Origin: Vitrella brassicaformis CCMP3155
Taxonomy: Eukaryota; Protista; Chromerida
Assembly: GCA_001179505.1 (NCBI GenBank)
Contig: CDMY01000339.1
Location: 1 to 64,000, forward strand
Direction: 5' to 3'
DNA length: 64,000 nt
Shown piece after piece: positions 36,783-50,770 of the stretch (within the stretch, counting starts at the first letter, position 1; each line of letters begins with the position of its first letter). The translations under genes were made by a program, and so were the position numbers. The notes under the pieces are model-generated. The model worked only from the letters and a program-made list of their open reading frames with translations. It made no database searches and was not told the origin of the DNA.

Positions 36783-38138
36783 CAATGGGTGCGTAGCTGG
36801 GCTGGGCTGGGCGGGGTGGGTGGTGTCGCTGAGGACGTACGTACGTGCCTACATGGGTTTTCATGTGTTTGGCGATCGCACTCATTACCTACCGGATGGG
36901 TTGATGGTTTGATGATTGTATGTATGTGTACGTACCTGCCTGCCTGCCTCACTCGCTGTCTCACTCGCTTCGTTCGCCTCAACGGGTCGAACGGAGACAG
37001 ACAGACAGACAAAGAGCGAGAGAGCGGCTGTACGGTCCACCTTTTTCCCCAGTACAGTCAGTACCGAGCCCGCATTCCTTGCCTGTCATATGTTCCTTTC
37101 TTGCTTTGCTGGCGGCGTTTCGGTTCCTGTGCGGTCATGGCCGTGTCCTTCTCTGCACCGCCGTGCTAACCTTGGCGGGGTGGAGAGGTACGCGGCTGTG
37201 GGCGAGCAGGGTCGAAACGCCATCCATCGCAGAGAGCGAGTGTACGACGGATTTACAAACATACATACAAACACACATACATACGTACAGTACACGTGTG
37301 CGTCCATCTCCCTACGCAAGGGAGATGAATGGATGTGTCAACGGCATTTTTCTCGGTGCCACACTTAACCCCTGACCGATACAGAGGGAGTGAGTGAGTG
37401 AGCGAGACAGTGAGGGATGGGGTTCTCATGGAGAGTTTCCACCTCTGTGTGCAAGGGCTGGACGGACGGTGACCTGTGCCTTGATTGATTGTCCTGACTG
37501 CTTGCGTGATTAGTTGGGCTGTCCGAACGGCGGCACGTTGCGTCTCATCAGACGCGATATGCCTCCGTTCAGGCGGGTCGGCGTGACAGGCAGGCAGGCA
37601 GGCAGGCGGGCGGTGGTATGGTGGCGCCAGTGAGAGAGTGAGTGCTGAGAGCCTATTTTTCCTCAGCTTTTCTACAGTGATGACTTGGCGGCTGAAATAG
37701 GTGGGGTGGTGTGCGTCAGATGGAGACATTTTGCATTCTGGATTCGCCGTCGCTCGTACGATGTGATCATTGATCAACCAACCAGTGTATGTATGTATGT
37801 CCGTACGAATGGATGGATGGAGCGATAGAGACAAGAGGCGTCCGACCCATCACACGACACGACACGAACCACCGAATTCAGCTTAGCTCAGCTAAATGGC
37901 TAGTGTAAAACACCCCTCACGCCATGCACCATACACCACACACGCATGTAGGTCCGCCCGCACCGCACGGCACGGCACGCCGCAAAAAGGCCAATCAATC
38001 CCCCCGCCCATCCCATCCGCACAAAATGAGTGACTGACCTGACCAGCTCTCGACAGCTGTCAATCGAAGCACCCAACCGCCCCTCACCCACCCCACCCTC
38101 TGAGCCAGTGACTGTCCTGGCTGTCCTCATGGTCATCA

Positions 38139-39982
38139 TCATGTGTAGACCATATCGACGAGTGAGTTGCCCTTCATGACCTCCTCCAGCCCTTCCCTGG
38201 GTGTGAGGTGGCCGCTGATGATCTCGGCGATGGCAAACATTATGGGGTACTTCAGGTCAATCCGATATCCACCCTCCTTGGCCTTGATCAGCTCCACGAG
38301 AGCTGTTGCCGTCGCCACACCCTCTGCAAGACACATAGGGAGGGAAGGGAGAGACGCCACAGTAGCAGCATCGCAGCAGCAGCATCTTCCGTCTCACGTC
38401 TGTCTGTCTGTCTGTGTGCCCCAGTACCTGCGACTTCTGATGAGGATGCGAGTATGTCCTCGACCTTTTCGCCACGGCCCAGCCGCACTCCGAAGGCTCG
38501 GTTGCGGGAGAGGGGACCGAAGCAAGTACCGAACAGATCACCCGCACCTGACAAACCTGCCAATGGACACACAGACAGACAGAGATACAAGGAGGAAGCA
38601 AGGGGCGAGAGTGAATGAATGCACCCGTGGCTCAGTGTGTGTATGTGTGTGTTGACCGACCTACCTGAGAAGGTCGACGCTTTGGCGCCCATTTTCCTCC
38701 CGAACCGTCGCATCTCCATCGCCCCCGACGTCACGATGCCACTGATCGCGTTGGTTCCTGCTCAGTTCAGATGACATACAGACAACAAGTTATAAGTATA
38801 TGGGAAATCACGAGGCATTTCACGTCAGGTGCATATGTTTCCCCACCGAGGTCGAGCCCTTCACACATTCCTGCCGCAATGGCTAGAACATTCTTGACTG
38901 CACCGCCGATCTCCACACCTATCACATCGTTGCTCGTGAATACCTGACAAATCGACACACAGACAGGCGCACACACAACCAAGCGGCCACACATCCATCG
39001 GTCTGTGCGGAATCGATTGCCTGCCTGCCCGTTCCCCCACCTGGAACATTTCGCCCCTGAGAATGTTTTGCAGCTCCCGTGCCAGCCGCTTGTCGGTGGA
39101 GGCGACCACCACCCCCGTGGCCAGGCCCCTGACGATCTCCCGAGCGAATGAGGGACCCGACAGGAAGGCGTAGCTGCGGTTCTTGCCGAGAGTCTCCTCC
39201 AGGATGTCAGACATCAGCGACAGCGTATTCGCCTCAATGCCTGCATGACACAACACAACATACTCAACGTGTGTGTCCATGCATCCCATCCGAGTCCCCC
39301 ACCCACCTTTTGACACGGAGAGCACCGGCACGTTGGGGGGTATGAGGTGGCTGATGTTGTTGAGCGTTGCCCGCGAGAACTGCACCGGCACCGCATGGAC
39401 GATGTGCGTCACGTCCTTCAACGCGTCCGCCGCGTCAGTGGTGGCCCTCACACTCTCGGGGAACCTGGCATCGCTCAGGTACTTGGGGTGCCGTCTTTCC
39501 GTGTTGATGCACTCAGCATACTCCTGACTGCGCAAGAGGATGGTGGTGGGGATCTTCTTCTGCCCCAGCAGCCACGCGAGAGCCAGGCCGAAGTTGCCGC
39601 CGCCGAGGACGGTGAACCTGGGAGGGTAGCACAGCGGGAACTCTTGGGCGTTGAGGATCATTTGCGGGGGAGGGCAGAGGGGGGACCGCCGAAGAGAGAG
39701 GGATGGCCTCATAGGGTGATGCTGTACCGGCCTCATGTGCGGCCGGAACGCTTCACAGACGAGCGGCAGGGTGGCAACAAAGGGCACGAGGGCCAAGAGC
39801 AGCGCCTGCGGTATCCTTGGGCCAACGTGGAGCGCCGACGCAGCATGCGCCTCTGGCTTTTGCTCGGATGGATGTGGCCGTCCCAGAGCCCTCCTCAACC
39901 TCCTCGGCTGCTGCCGCTGATCCCTCCTTTGCCACGAAAATGAGAATGAGTCGGTGTGTCCATCTGCCCTGTCCAGCTCCAT
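38139..39982 (-). CDS. gpsA: NAD(P)-dependent glycerol-3-phosphate dehydrogenase (GpsA type), putative plastid leader, multi-exon
   Basis: Motifs read [77 protein letters not shown] and EGVATA. The leader is [19 protein letters not shown] followed by RPHMRP. The start codon is uncertain. Confidence 0.92.
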
Positions 39983-40036
39983 TGCCACTGCTTGGACATA
40001 AGATCTGGTGCAAGGTGGGCATTCTGCTGCATCAAG

Positions 40037-43000
40037 ATGCCTCGTCGCCTCCGTCTGCCTGACGTCCTCGCCGTCTTGAGTGACCTCCTCGCTGACCGCC
40101 ATCGATGTGAGTGCCAGATCAGCGACAAGATAGCATCACTCACGCCTTCCGGAGGTGACTCGCAAGTCCTCTGGTCCAAGATCCCGCGGCAACGCCAAAA
40201 AGATCACGATCTCTTAGCTCGCAGAGCCGAAAGGGGGTGGTGGTGGTGTGGCGACTTCGTAGTTGACTTCATGGGTTGGTTTGTCGGCTTCATTGCTTTT
40301 TGCATTGTCATCGTGTTTTCCTTCCAATCAACACAGCTGAACACGGGTTCGATGATGATGTGTCGCCGATTATCCTTGGCCTGAAGTCACAAGACCCGGG
40401 AGAGCGATCCGCCGGCCTTATCAATTTGTACCGCCTTTTGAAGCGGCAGCACCCCAGTGCGGGTCACCCTAGGACGCGGAAGACCATGGCCCTTCTTGGC
40501 CAGCACGACGGCGTGTTGATGGAGGCCATGCTGGCGGACTCACAGGCCTGGACCATCCCTGCACTGAGACATGTACTTAAGCGGCTTGTGGACCTGGCCT
40601 ATCCGTTTCGATGGACTACAGCCGACCTGAAGAGGCGGACAACAGGGTTCGAGCGGGTAAGGTCGTCCCTGGCCGACAGAGAAGCTGGTGGTGCATTGGC
40701 GGAGGAGGGCCGCGGCTTGCTGTATGAGATCGAGGTTGCCATCTTCCAAGTGCTGCACGCCGCCATGACAAGTGGTGCTTTGGATGAACCGGCGGCCTAT
40801 CGCAACTACGTCTTGGCACATCACCGTTCCCTCATCAGCAGAGCCCGAGCACTGGGCATCGACGAGTCGGGCCAAGACCAGGACCTTGCCGTCGCAGCCC
40901 AGAAGTTTCTCCGCGCCCTTTCCTCGAGCAGTCCACCTGCTGGCCAGCAAGACGCCGCCGATAACGCAACCAACGAAACCACTTCAACGCTCCCGGTACA
41001 TAGACACGCACACACAATCGCGTGGGGGTGAGGAACACCGTATTGAGTTCTTGCGGGTGTGTGTGAATCCATGCAGCAGGAACCAGAGGCCTTCCCATCG
41101 AAGGGCTTCCTGTCGGCCGTGTGTGTCGTCCTCCTCTCCGTGTTACTCTTTCCCTATCCTCGAAGCATGTGCAAGTCCCCAGAAGACCAGCTGCCTCTGT
41201 CGATCGATGCGCAGATCCGGGACAGAGATGCCAAGTAGGCAAGGGCAACCCAACAGCCTGCCGGACAACATCGATCATGGATCGGTCTGTGTGTCTTTGT
41301 CTGTCAGAATACTGACCCTTGAACTGGTAAAAAGGAACGCCTCCATCAAGGAGAAAGAGCTGCGGTGAGCTGAGAACCTTGTGTGGATCGACAGTACAGT
41401 GCTTCCCTTCCCTTTGTCCGTGTCTGTCTGCACATCTGCAGGAAGGAGATCAGGACTCTCACGGATCTGTAGGCACACAGCAAGGGCGTCCCGGCCTCCC
41501 TACAGACTGACGCCTTCCTATCCTTTGCGGGCCTTCCATCCATTCAGGCTTTTTCATGAGAAGGGCCGCCTCAGTGACCAATCCGCGGAGCAGAGCAAGA
41601 GGACGGCGCTGGTGCGGGACCTAGAGACACGGTCAGTGGTCGACACGAGGAGGACCATGCAGCGCCCGCTGGGTTCAAAATTTGTTCCGTTTCTGGGCAG
41701 CATTGAGGCCATGTCCGGTTCGCCTGTCGAGGAACGGAAACAGATCGAGGAGAGCAATGCAAAGTGGGTACATACACACATACTAGAAGGAAGAGAACCG
41801 TCGGTATGATGAATGAAGCGATCTCTGTTGTCGGCAGGATCGAGACGCTGGAAGCTGAGGCGAGGAAAACCGTTCTCCAGGAGAAACAGCTGCGGTGGGT
41901 CGGTCAGCGGAGAGACGCCCTCCCATTTGTCTCTCTCATTTGTCTGTCTGTCGTATGGTCAGCAACGAGAACAAGACACTGCGGCAGAGTGTACGAGGCT
42001 ACCAGGATACCCTTGGCAGATCTCGCAGCAAGGAGGAACAGCTGCGGTCAGTGAGTCAACGAGTCCGCCTTTCACGCAAGCCGCTGATCTTTTTTGTTGT
42101 CCATCTTCCATGTCTGCAGGGGCGAGATCAAGGCACTCAAGGACAAGGCGACTCTGCAGGAGGTTCCCAACCGGTAGGCTACATGCCATGATACGCAGGC
42201 CGTCTTTTGTCTGTGCAGCCTCCTTTCTCTCCTTGCTTTCTGTTTTTCTTTTTCTTTTGTCAAGCGAGAGGGAGCAGCAGCTGGCCATGTGGGAGGAGCA
42301 GCTCAACGAGAAGGGCAAGGCGCTCAGCGACAAGGAGGGGGAACTCGCCACCAAGACGACAGTGACGCCAGAAGACAGGAAGCGGTACGTGACGGAGGCA
42401 AGCATGGGGCCCGTGGGGTGAAGTGCACTCATTGCACACCAGGTCACCACATGTATCCTGTGCCTCTGCAGGATGGAGTCTATGTGTTGGACACTCGCCG
42501 AGAAGGACATGGAGCTGGCGCTGCTCCGCAGCTGCAACGAGCAGCAGGTCAAGAGCCTCCAACGGCAGGAGAGAGAGGTCGGCGAGCTAACCCGGCGACT
42601 CAAGGACGCCAACAGCCGGCTGCAGCAGAAGACCATCGACCACAGGAGTGTCAGCCGTGAACGGGACCAACAGGCTGGGCAGATAGCGGAGCTGATGGAC
42701 CAACAAAACTGGCTGCTGGAAAAGTGGGGATGAACACAGACAGACCAACGAGCGCATGAGTCTATGTGTGTGTTTTTCTTCAGCATGAAGGTGGTTGATT
42801 GTGCGAGGCAGCAGCTGGAGACGCACAAGCAGCAGCTGGAGGCCGACATCCGTGGACTGCGTGGCGAGCTGCAGCAGTCGCAGCTGCGACTCAAACACCT
42901 GACCATGCGGGATGACGTGGATGTCGGCCGCCTCACGTAAGTCGCAAGCGTGAGGAAACGAGGCCCGCGATGTTCCAATCGTGACCTTTTCTGTCGTGTC

Positions 43001-43526
43001 AGTGAGTTCGCTGGGATGACTGAGGACGACCTTGCCGCACGGCCCATCATCAGCCTCATCAACGCGCAGGACGACGCCCGCAAGGCCAAGGACATACACG
43101 AGAAGAGGTCAGTCGTGAAAGCAGAAAGAACACATAGTCAGGAGGGGAGCGAAATATAGGGGCGCGGCGCATGCAGTTGACTCGTATGTCGCCTTGTCAA
43201 TCTGCGTCAGGCTGGATGGCATGCGGTCGCTGTGGGACAAGCTGCAGACTGCCTCGATGCTGGCGGCCGTGCGGGCGCAGACCAACACGGAGGAGTGCAG
43301 CATATGCATGAGCGCCACCAAGACCAAAACATTCATTCCGTGTGGCCATTTCGTGTCGTGCGACAAGTGCGCGTCTCAAGTGTTCCGCCGGCCCGGCCGT
43401 CTCTACCCCATCTGCCGAAGACAAATACAGCGCCTCCAGGACACGTACGCACAAGGAATGGGACAGGCCGGCCGCTGTGTACGTGAGCCTTCCCTGTGTG
43501 GTTTGCCTTGCAGGCACAGTGTCTGA
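40037..43526 (+). CDS. Multi-exon coiled-coil protein with C-terminal C3HC4-type RING (7th ligand Cys>Tyr)
   Basis: A long exon spans 40337-40995, followed by heptad-rich exons (EQQLAMWEEQLNEKGKALSDKEGELATK). The C-terminus reads ECSICMSATKTKTFIPCGHFVSCDKCASQVFRRPGRLYPICR. Joining all parts into one gene is inferred. Confidence 0.6.
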
Positions 43527-43882
43527 TGGATGCATCAATGGGGATGCAACGCGGACGCAGGATGCGCGAGTGGCTTGTGCGGTTTGCAGCGACGCGGCCG
43601 GCTGTCGTCCTGTCTGTAGCGAGGGGGTAGATTGCTTTCCCTTTCTGACACATACAGGAGTAGCTTAGCTTGTTGGATTTTGCGACAAATCAAATCGGGT
43701 GTGTGTACATGTGCATGCATAGCTATGTGTACATAGCAGCCCAGCCGGGCCTCTGGGGGTGGGGCGTGTCTGTGAATTGACCGATAGCCTTCAAAGCGTG
43801 TATCGTATATCTCTCAGCAATCAACACACCCGTCCTCTTTCCAAGGACACAATGCAAACCAAATGCACGGCCTCTACAGCCC

Positions 43883-46274
43883 TCACTTGTCCCCCTGATC
43901 GACGTCGATAAGGCTTTCCGCCAGTAGAGCAACGGCAAAGGCCTTCGCGTCTTGGAAATTGTGGAATGCAAGGTCGCGCAGGTGCACCCACGGCCCCTTC
44001 TGCTGAGGGCCGCCTCGCCCGTCGGGCCGGATGGGCCAGTCGAACAGCATCTGCAGAGACCTCACGTGCTCCTCGGTGCCTGCAGAAAAACACGACGCAG
44101 CATGAGGTTTGGCACTGTGCATGGTGAGTGTCTGGTGCAGGCGCATACGTGGAAATTTGAGGCATGAGGGGTCTGGCGTGTGCTCTCCATCCATATGGTG
44201 CGCTCGGTCGTTCTTGAGGGTGCTGAACAGCTGCACACACACACACACACACACACAGAGGGAGAGAGAGAGAGACTTCTGCATGCGGCGGCCCCTCAGT
44301 TTTCATTCTCCTAGGTACCAGAATGACGGGCGTCCGGTCTCCTTCGGCCTCTGTATCTTGGTCTTCGTCGAAGACCATCCTCGCCCACGAGGGGTTGCGG
44401 AAACGAATGCGGCTGCTCGGCTTCAGATTTGCAATGGCAACCTGACATTATATGACACAACAGAGTGAGGAAAGAGACAAGCGCGCCACTCTGTTTGTTT
44501 ACCATGGTAGCGGCGTCCATCTCCTCTGTTTCCATCTCTTCCGCGCTCGTCGCCTCGCCTCTCTTCCGGCCGGCAGCAGCGCCCTTCGCAGAGGATGGCA
44601 GATAGGGCGCCATCCGATTCACCTGGAAGTCTATCATGAACTCATTTGCCGCCTCATGGAGGTCCATGGAGTTGATGTGCAGAGTAGCCGACAGCCGACG
44701 CAGCAGCTTGCTGTAGGTCCTGCCGAACTCATGCTGCAGACGTTGCCGAGTGGCTCGCGTGGCGGCCTCGCCTGATGAACGCTTGCGCTTCTTGGTCTCG
44801 GGCAGGTCGCTGCCGCTGCCGTTGTCCTCGTCGTACGCTGGGCCCATATAGCCACTCCAGCCGACGGGAAGGCTCTTGCGGAAGGCGAAGTCGCTATCGA
44901 ACAGCTGCAGACAGACACGTGCAGCACAGCAAGGATTGGTGTTGGGATGGCGTGCAGTGCGGCTGGGGCGGGGTGGGTCGCTTACTTTGTTGAGTGCCGT
45001 GTCGACCGTCTTGGACATGAAGTCAGCCCAGGAGCTCCTCTGGTACGTCGACACTGGATGGATGGACGCAGAAGGATGGGCAATCGGTGCTGCGATGAAT
45101 GGCGGTGCTGGTGGTTGTGGGGTGCATGCCCTTTCCTTCCTCACCTGTGACGTGGTGCGAGAACGTATCTCCCACGGCAATGGCCTGATGGATGAAGCCA
45201 CGTGGGAAGTACATGACGTCGCCTGAACAAGCAAACCGGCGAGTCGATCCACTCACAGGTCTGTTTGTGCTGAATTTTGGCTGATCTCTTCGTTTGTGTG
45301 TGCAGTACCGACCAGGCTCCAGAGTGACGGCGAGTATGGGATTGCCGATCTCGTGCTGCTGATAGTCGCGGGAGTACTCACGCGGCAGTGGACCGTCCAC
45401 ACACTCATACAGACGCCACACCTTGGAACCCTCCAACTGCGCCACACCACAGACACACAGCCAGCTGATGTGGGCACCTCGGTCATCTCATGGATCTTCC
45501 CATCTTGTCACTTGCATAATGAAGACGTCCACATCATCGTAGTGCGGGGCCAGCCTGCAGGCATCAGTCCAGCAGAGAGAGGGAGAGAGAGAGTTATTTG
45601 GTGTGGTGAGCTGTGCTTTTCCTGATTGGTCGTTCGTCATATGTACCCCTGTGTGCCGGCCGGCGTCAGGTAGCAGTTGGCACCCACCAGACAGCCGAAG
45701 AGCTCCTCTAGCTTCGCACAAATCTTCCAGAGAGGGTCGACAAACTGCTGCGGGTGCATCAGCTGCAGCGTGCAGCCGTCCCGCCACTTCTGGTCGACCT
45801 CCTCGAAGGTCGCCTCGCCGCTTCTCTCGTACTTGACTGCCTCGCCATCCACATACTTCCTCACGATGAGGTTGCTCTGGTACTGAAGGCGACCCGACTT
45901 GCCGCCGTCCCGCCCATCCAGACCATCCTTCAGCAGACTATCTGAAACAACGGGAAGGGGTCAGGCAGTCGATGACCGAAAGGCTGATGAAGTCAAGCGC
46001 CTGATTCGCTCACCCAGCTGCTGCTTGGAGAAGATGTTCTTCAAGTATGTGTCATCATGGCGTTTGATGCACAAGGGCTTGTTTGCCCAGTAGCACTTGA
46101 AGAACTTGTCGATGCCGACGGGCTCGACAAGCCATTGCAGCACATCTGCACCCTGCAAGCGGCACGACAACAAACAGGAAGAGAGATCATCACACCTTTG
46201 ACACCAAGATGCTCTTCTTTGACGCATACTGTTTGATCTGTTTTTCTTCCAGGTTGCTCCTCTGCTTGTGACAT
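43883..46274 (-). CDS. RIOX1: JmjC ribosomal oxygenase NO66/RIOX1-like, multi-exon; 5' end uncertain (may extend to ~46712)
   Basis: Motifs read [101 protein letters not shown] and VSTYQRSSWADF. The HxD..H metal triad is intact. Confidence 0.9.
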
Positions 46275-46714
46275 TCAGAATGGATGGATGACTAAGTGAT
46301 GGATGAATCCGCCAGCCGAAAAGGGTGCAGAGGAGTGCGCGGTGTCGAGACTTGCCCCCGTCGAGAATTGGGGACAGAGGCAGAGACAAAGAATATTCCC
46401 TTTCATCCCTCAGCTTCATTATCAGCTAAATGGCAACGCCAATGTCCACGCACGCGTCGCGCTTTCCTTCCCTCGCCGCCACGTCATCCCCGTTGCCATC
46501 GACAGCATCACCAACTGGTGAGCCACAGGCTGGTGAGCGGAGGTAACCACGTTTGCACTCTGCACCAACTTCTACTGTGGTACCTGCAGGGGTGAGGCCG
46601 CCAAGCTCTCCCGCAGCCGCTCCTTGACGGGAGGACAGCAGCAGTCGCCACCAGCGCGTCGCCGTCGTGTCCGTTGCGTGACAGGGGAAGAGGGCTTCCT
46701 GAGGTCCACCATTA

Positions 46715-49700
46715 GCTCAAGACTGAAGGAAGTTGAACAGCGTGTGCGGGGCTGAGAGGTCGTGACTGTGGTTTATGGTGATGCCTATTGATTTAGCGGG
46801 GTGCAGTGTGGTGCAGGTGTACCTGGACCGCATTCTCGCTGCCGTCGAGAGAGCCGCGGACGCTTCCTCGCCATCCTGCGGCACAGGTCACAAAATAGCA
46901 AAGGGAGAGGCGTTGCACTCATCGGTTGATGCCATCTTCTTCTCCTGGTTGACGGGCAGCTGCAATTGCGAGGAGACCACCCCTGACAACACCAACACCA
47001 ACACACAGCCAACATTCGTAGAGGAGATGGTCAATGCACTCTTCCTGTGTGCACCTGCAGGCCGAGCAGTGCATCGGTGGGAGGCGGCCACGCTCACTGC
47101 CCTTCCAGGACGGCGACGTGGACACGTTGCGGCTGGAGGCGGAGAGGAAGGCGCTGGTAAGACAGTAAGAGAGTGAGCCAGTACCATCATGCACAATAGA
47201 ATGACATACTTGTACCGGTGTGGTGAATGTCAGGTTGAGGGCAAGAAGAGGAGCCGCAGCATCGCCCAGATTGGGCCACGGCCCAGCAGGTGAGGTGGAC
47301 AGGGATGAATTGAGAAGGCCTTGGGCGATGTCAGGGAGTGTTTCTGGTGTCAGAGAGAAGCAGCTGCCCAGTCTCTGTGTTTCAGTCTCTTTGTTTGCCT
47401 CAGACACGATGGGGAACCTGCTCTCGTAGCTGCCCTCTTCCGAAACCCATCATGAAAACTCCACGAGCGAGTTCGTACAAGAAGACAAGCGACAGGTAGT
47501 GAGAGTTTGGCTTGGACGAGCCACTACACGTGTTTGCCCTGTACGTCTCCTCTGAATAGACACCGAATGCCCTGTCACACCCGACAAACCCCCTATGGGG
47601 GAAGATATGGCGGGCCGGCTCAGGCCCATACTTCCCGAGATAGCTACATGACAATGTGGTGATACATACAGGTGTATCACCTTCGTGTTTCTCTCTGTGT
47701 CTGTCTACAGATGAGGAGGCGAGGGACGAGTTGAGGAGAGCGCTACGGGAGAGGCCGCTGCGGCACAGGTACCAAGGATGCCAAGGGGGAAATGTTGCAC
47801 TCATCGCTTGATGCAATGTTCTTTCTCCTGTTCAACAGGCGGCTGCGATGGGCGAGGAGGCCACCCCTGACAACACCAACACCAACACACAGGTACCCAA
47901 ACAAAGACTACATAGATACGTCCTCAACTTGCAGATGAGTGGTTGGCTGTATCTCTCTCTGTGTCTTAGGGGGCTGCGCCCGAGAGGGAAGCCACGATGG
48001 AGATGGGCGCCCATCGTGACGAGGAGGGGGAAGGGGGGGATGGCATGAGGCGGGCCACCACCGTGAGATGGACAGGTCCATGTCCACCCTGGTGCCCGCC
48101 ATCGAGCTGACACTGGAGAGGGAGAGAGAGAGGGACAGGGACAGGGAGAAGGTAGGCGAAGAAAACGCCATCAAAGAGAGATACATTGACACATTGGGGT
48201 GCCTGTTGTGATGTGGTGAATGTCAGATTGAGGGCAAGAAGAAGCGCCGCACCGCAGTCCAGCTGGCCGTCGACGGCTACCGGCAGCAGATCGACGACAT
48301 GCGGGCGGCCAAGGGCTGCTACCCGAAGAAGCGGGAGGCCATCCGGGAGCGGGAGCAGCGGATGAGGGAGCGCCAGGTCGAGATCGATGCTCTCGACAAG
48401 GACATCCGTAAGCGGGACGCAGACAAAGCGGGTATACACAAGAGAATGTGGTCATTCGGTATTTCTTTTGCTTCAGAGCTGCTCCAAGCCCGGATCACCG
48501 CCCGCCCGCAGTCCCCCAGCCAGTCGCCCAGACAGTCGGCCAGCCAGTCGCCCACTCAGCCACCCGCTCAGCCCAGCCCAGACAAGACGCCCAGCCCCCC
48601 CACGAGAGCACCACAAGGGCGACGACAGAGCAGAAGCGCCGCTGCAGCACCTGCTGGAGAGGAGGCCATGGACGAGGCGGCCAGGGCGGACCAACAGCAG
48701 GCGACAGACGACGCGCTGCTGTTCTTGTTGCTGGCTGGCGAGCCCCTGCCAAAGGACGACGAGGCGCGACTGTGGCCCCGCTACGAGGCCATGATGAAGG
48801 AGAGACAGGAGGCCGCAGCTGGTGCTGGTGCGGATCTTGCCCCTCCTCCCTTCCAAGGCATCGGGTGGGAGGGCTTCACCTGCTGCAGATACGCTGTGGG
48901 CGATGTAAGTGCCGATACGCACACTCAATGTCAACCCATCAAACCGTCATGTCTGTGCGAGTCTGCGTGTGTTGGGCAGGTGACGTGCCTCCTCGCCGAG
49001 TTCGGCAGGCGCTTCGACCTCAAGCCGCGTCAAGTAGATCTGCATGTGTTCGCCGATTGGGTAGTCGAGTGGGTGCTTCCTCAGCTGCCGGACCACCCCG
49101 AAGTGGTGAGCAACGAATCGCACTTAAAAACCCCCTCATGCCGTGAATGCACCCAATCCCATTGTCATGTCATGACCTTGATCTGTGCAGTGGTTTTTCC
49201 TCGATACCGGCCCCAAGATGAACCGGACAGAAAGCACTGCGGCATCTGGCACACGTCCGCACAAAAGGCGGCTGCACTGCTCGCCAAGGTCAGCTTCGCG
49301 TACACATGCACGTGTTGACTCAGATGTTGAATGAATGCTGTTCTTGTACACACAAATGCGTACGTGCGTATGTTGTCATCGTGTGGATGTCAGGTCGACA
49401 GAAGAGGAGACATGATGACATTGTGGTCATCGCTGTCTACATTTTGTATCACGGAGGACTTGTATCACTGCATCCACGCCCGCCCTTCTTCGTGCGCAGT
49501 GCACAGACGGACCCCACTCTGCCGCCACAGCAGCCACCCACTTCGCCGCCACGTCTGGCCCAGGAGCACGTGACGGTGCGGATCGGGAGAGAGAGATGGG
49601 ACTGCTGGCCGACGAGCAGCAAAGACGACAACGCATCTTCCACCACACCCGACGCCAGTGCAACAGCCGTTGTCGGTGTCCAGAATGCCACTGAGTCTCG

Positions 49701-50770
49701 CTTCCTGGACTCAAAACGCCCCTCTGCCTCCGCGAATGACCCCCCTTTGCCTCCGCAGCTGGCCCCTCAAGAGCCCCTCTTGCTGTTTGGGTCGACTTCG
49801 CAACGGCAGCCATGGCAGAAAGGCAGCGGCATCCAAGGTAAATGAGCTGTCGCATTCTGCCTTTAGTCTTCACCGCTTGCTGTCTCTTCGATACAGTGCA
49901 AGGCCACATTCTTCAACGTTGACTCGGCCTCATTCGGATCCAAGTGGTACTGCCTGCAATCACACTCCTGTTGTATTGATCATTGCGTCTTTCACAGGCT
50001 CGAGAGGGGGTCAACTGAGGACGACCGGGTGCTCATACAGGGGAGGGAGAGGTCGCGCATCTGTCATCTGGTGTGTGTGCTTTGCAATCAGCACCAGCGT
50101 TGGATGTTTCATCGGCGGGAGAGGCGTCGACTGAGGAATGAGTAGGGCCCGGCATCATTCATGCGCCTGGCCCTCAGCCGGTTGCAATGGCCCCGACGCG
50201 TGGAACAAGCCTCCAGTCAAGCACGACAACGCCTGAGAGAGCCGTAGTGGTAAGAGCTGTGGGGCACCGACGAGGCCGTAAGCGAAGAAAACGCCATCAG
50301 AGAGAGATACATCGACGCATTAAGGTGCCTGTTTTGGTGTCTGATGAATGTCAGATTGAGAGCAAGAAGAAGCGCCGCACCACAGTCGAGCTGGCCGTCG
50401 ACGGCTGCCAAGCAGCAGATCGACGCCATGCGGGCGGCCAAGGGCGGCCTCCAGAAGAAGCGGGCGGCCATTCGGGAGCGGGAGCAGCGGATGAGAGAGC
50501 GCCAGGTGGAGATCGATGCCCTCGACAAGGACATCCGTAGGCGGGGCGCAAGCAAAGCGGACAACATTACATACGCATACACAAATGCGTACGTGCGTAT
50601 GTTGTCATCGTGTGGATGTCAGGTCGACACAAGAGGAGACATGATGACATTGTGGTCATCGCTGTCTACATTTTATATCACGGAGGACTTTTATCACTGC
50701 GCCCACGCCCAGCTGGCCCCTCAAGAGCCCCTCCTGCTGTTTTGGCCGCCTGCCAACGGCAGGTTCATTC
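46715..50770 (+). repeat. Mosaic of dispersed, degenerate gene-fragment repeats (coiled-coil exon, Walker A exon, 120-bp block)
   Basis: GAATGTCAG(A/G)TTGAG(G/A)GCAAGAAG occurs at ~47226, ~48218 and ~50346. CCACCCCTGACAACACCAACACCAACACACAG occurs at ~46977 and ~47859. AGCTGGCCCCTCAAGAGCCCCT occurs at ~49757 and ~50711. Confidence 0.75.
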
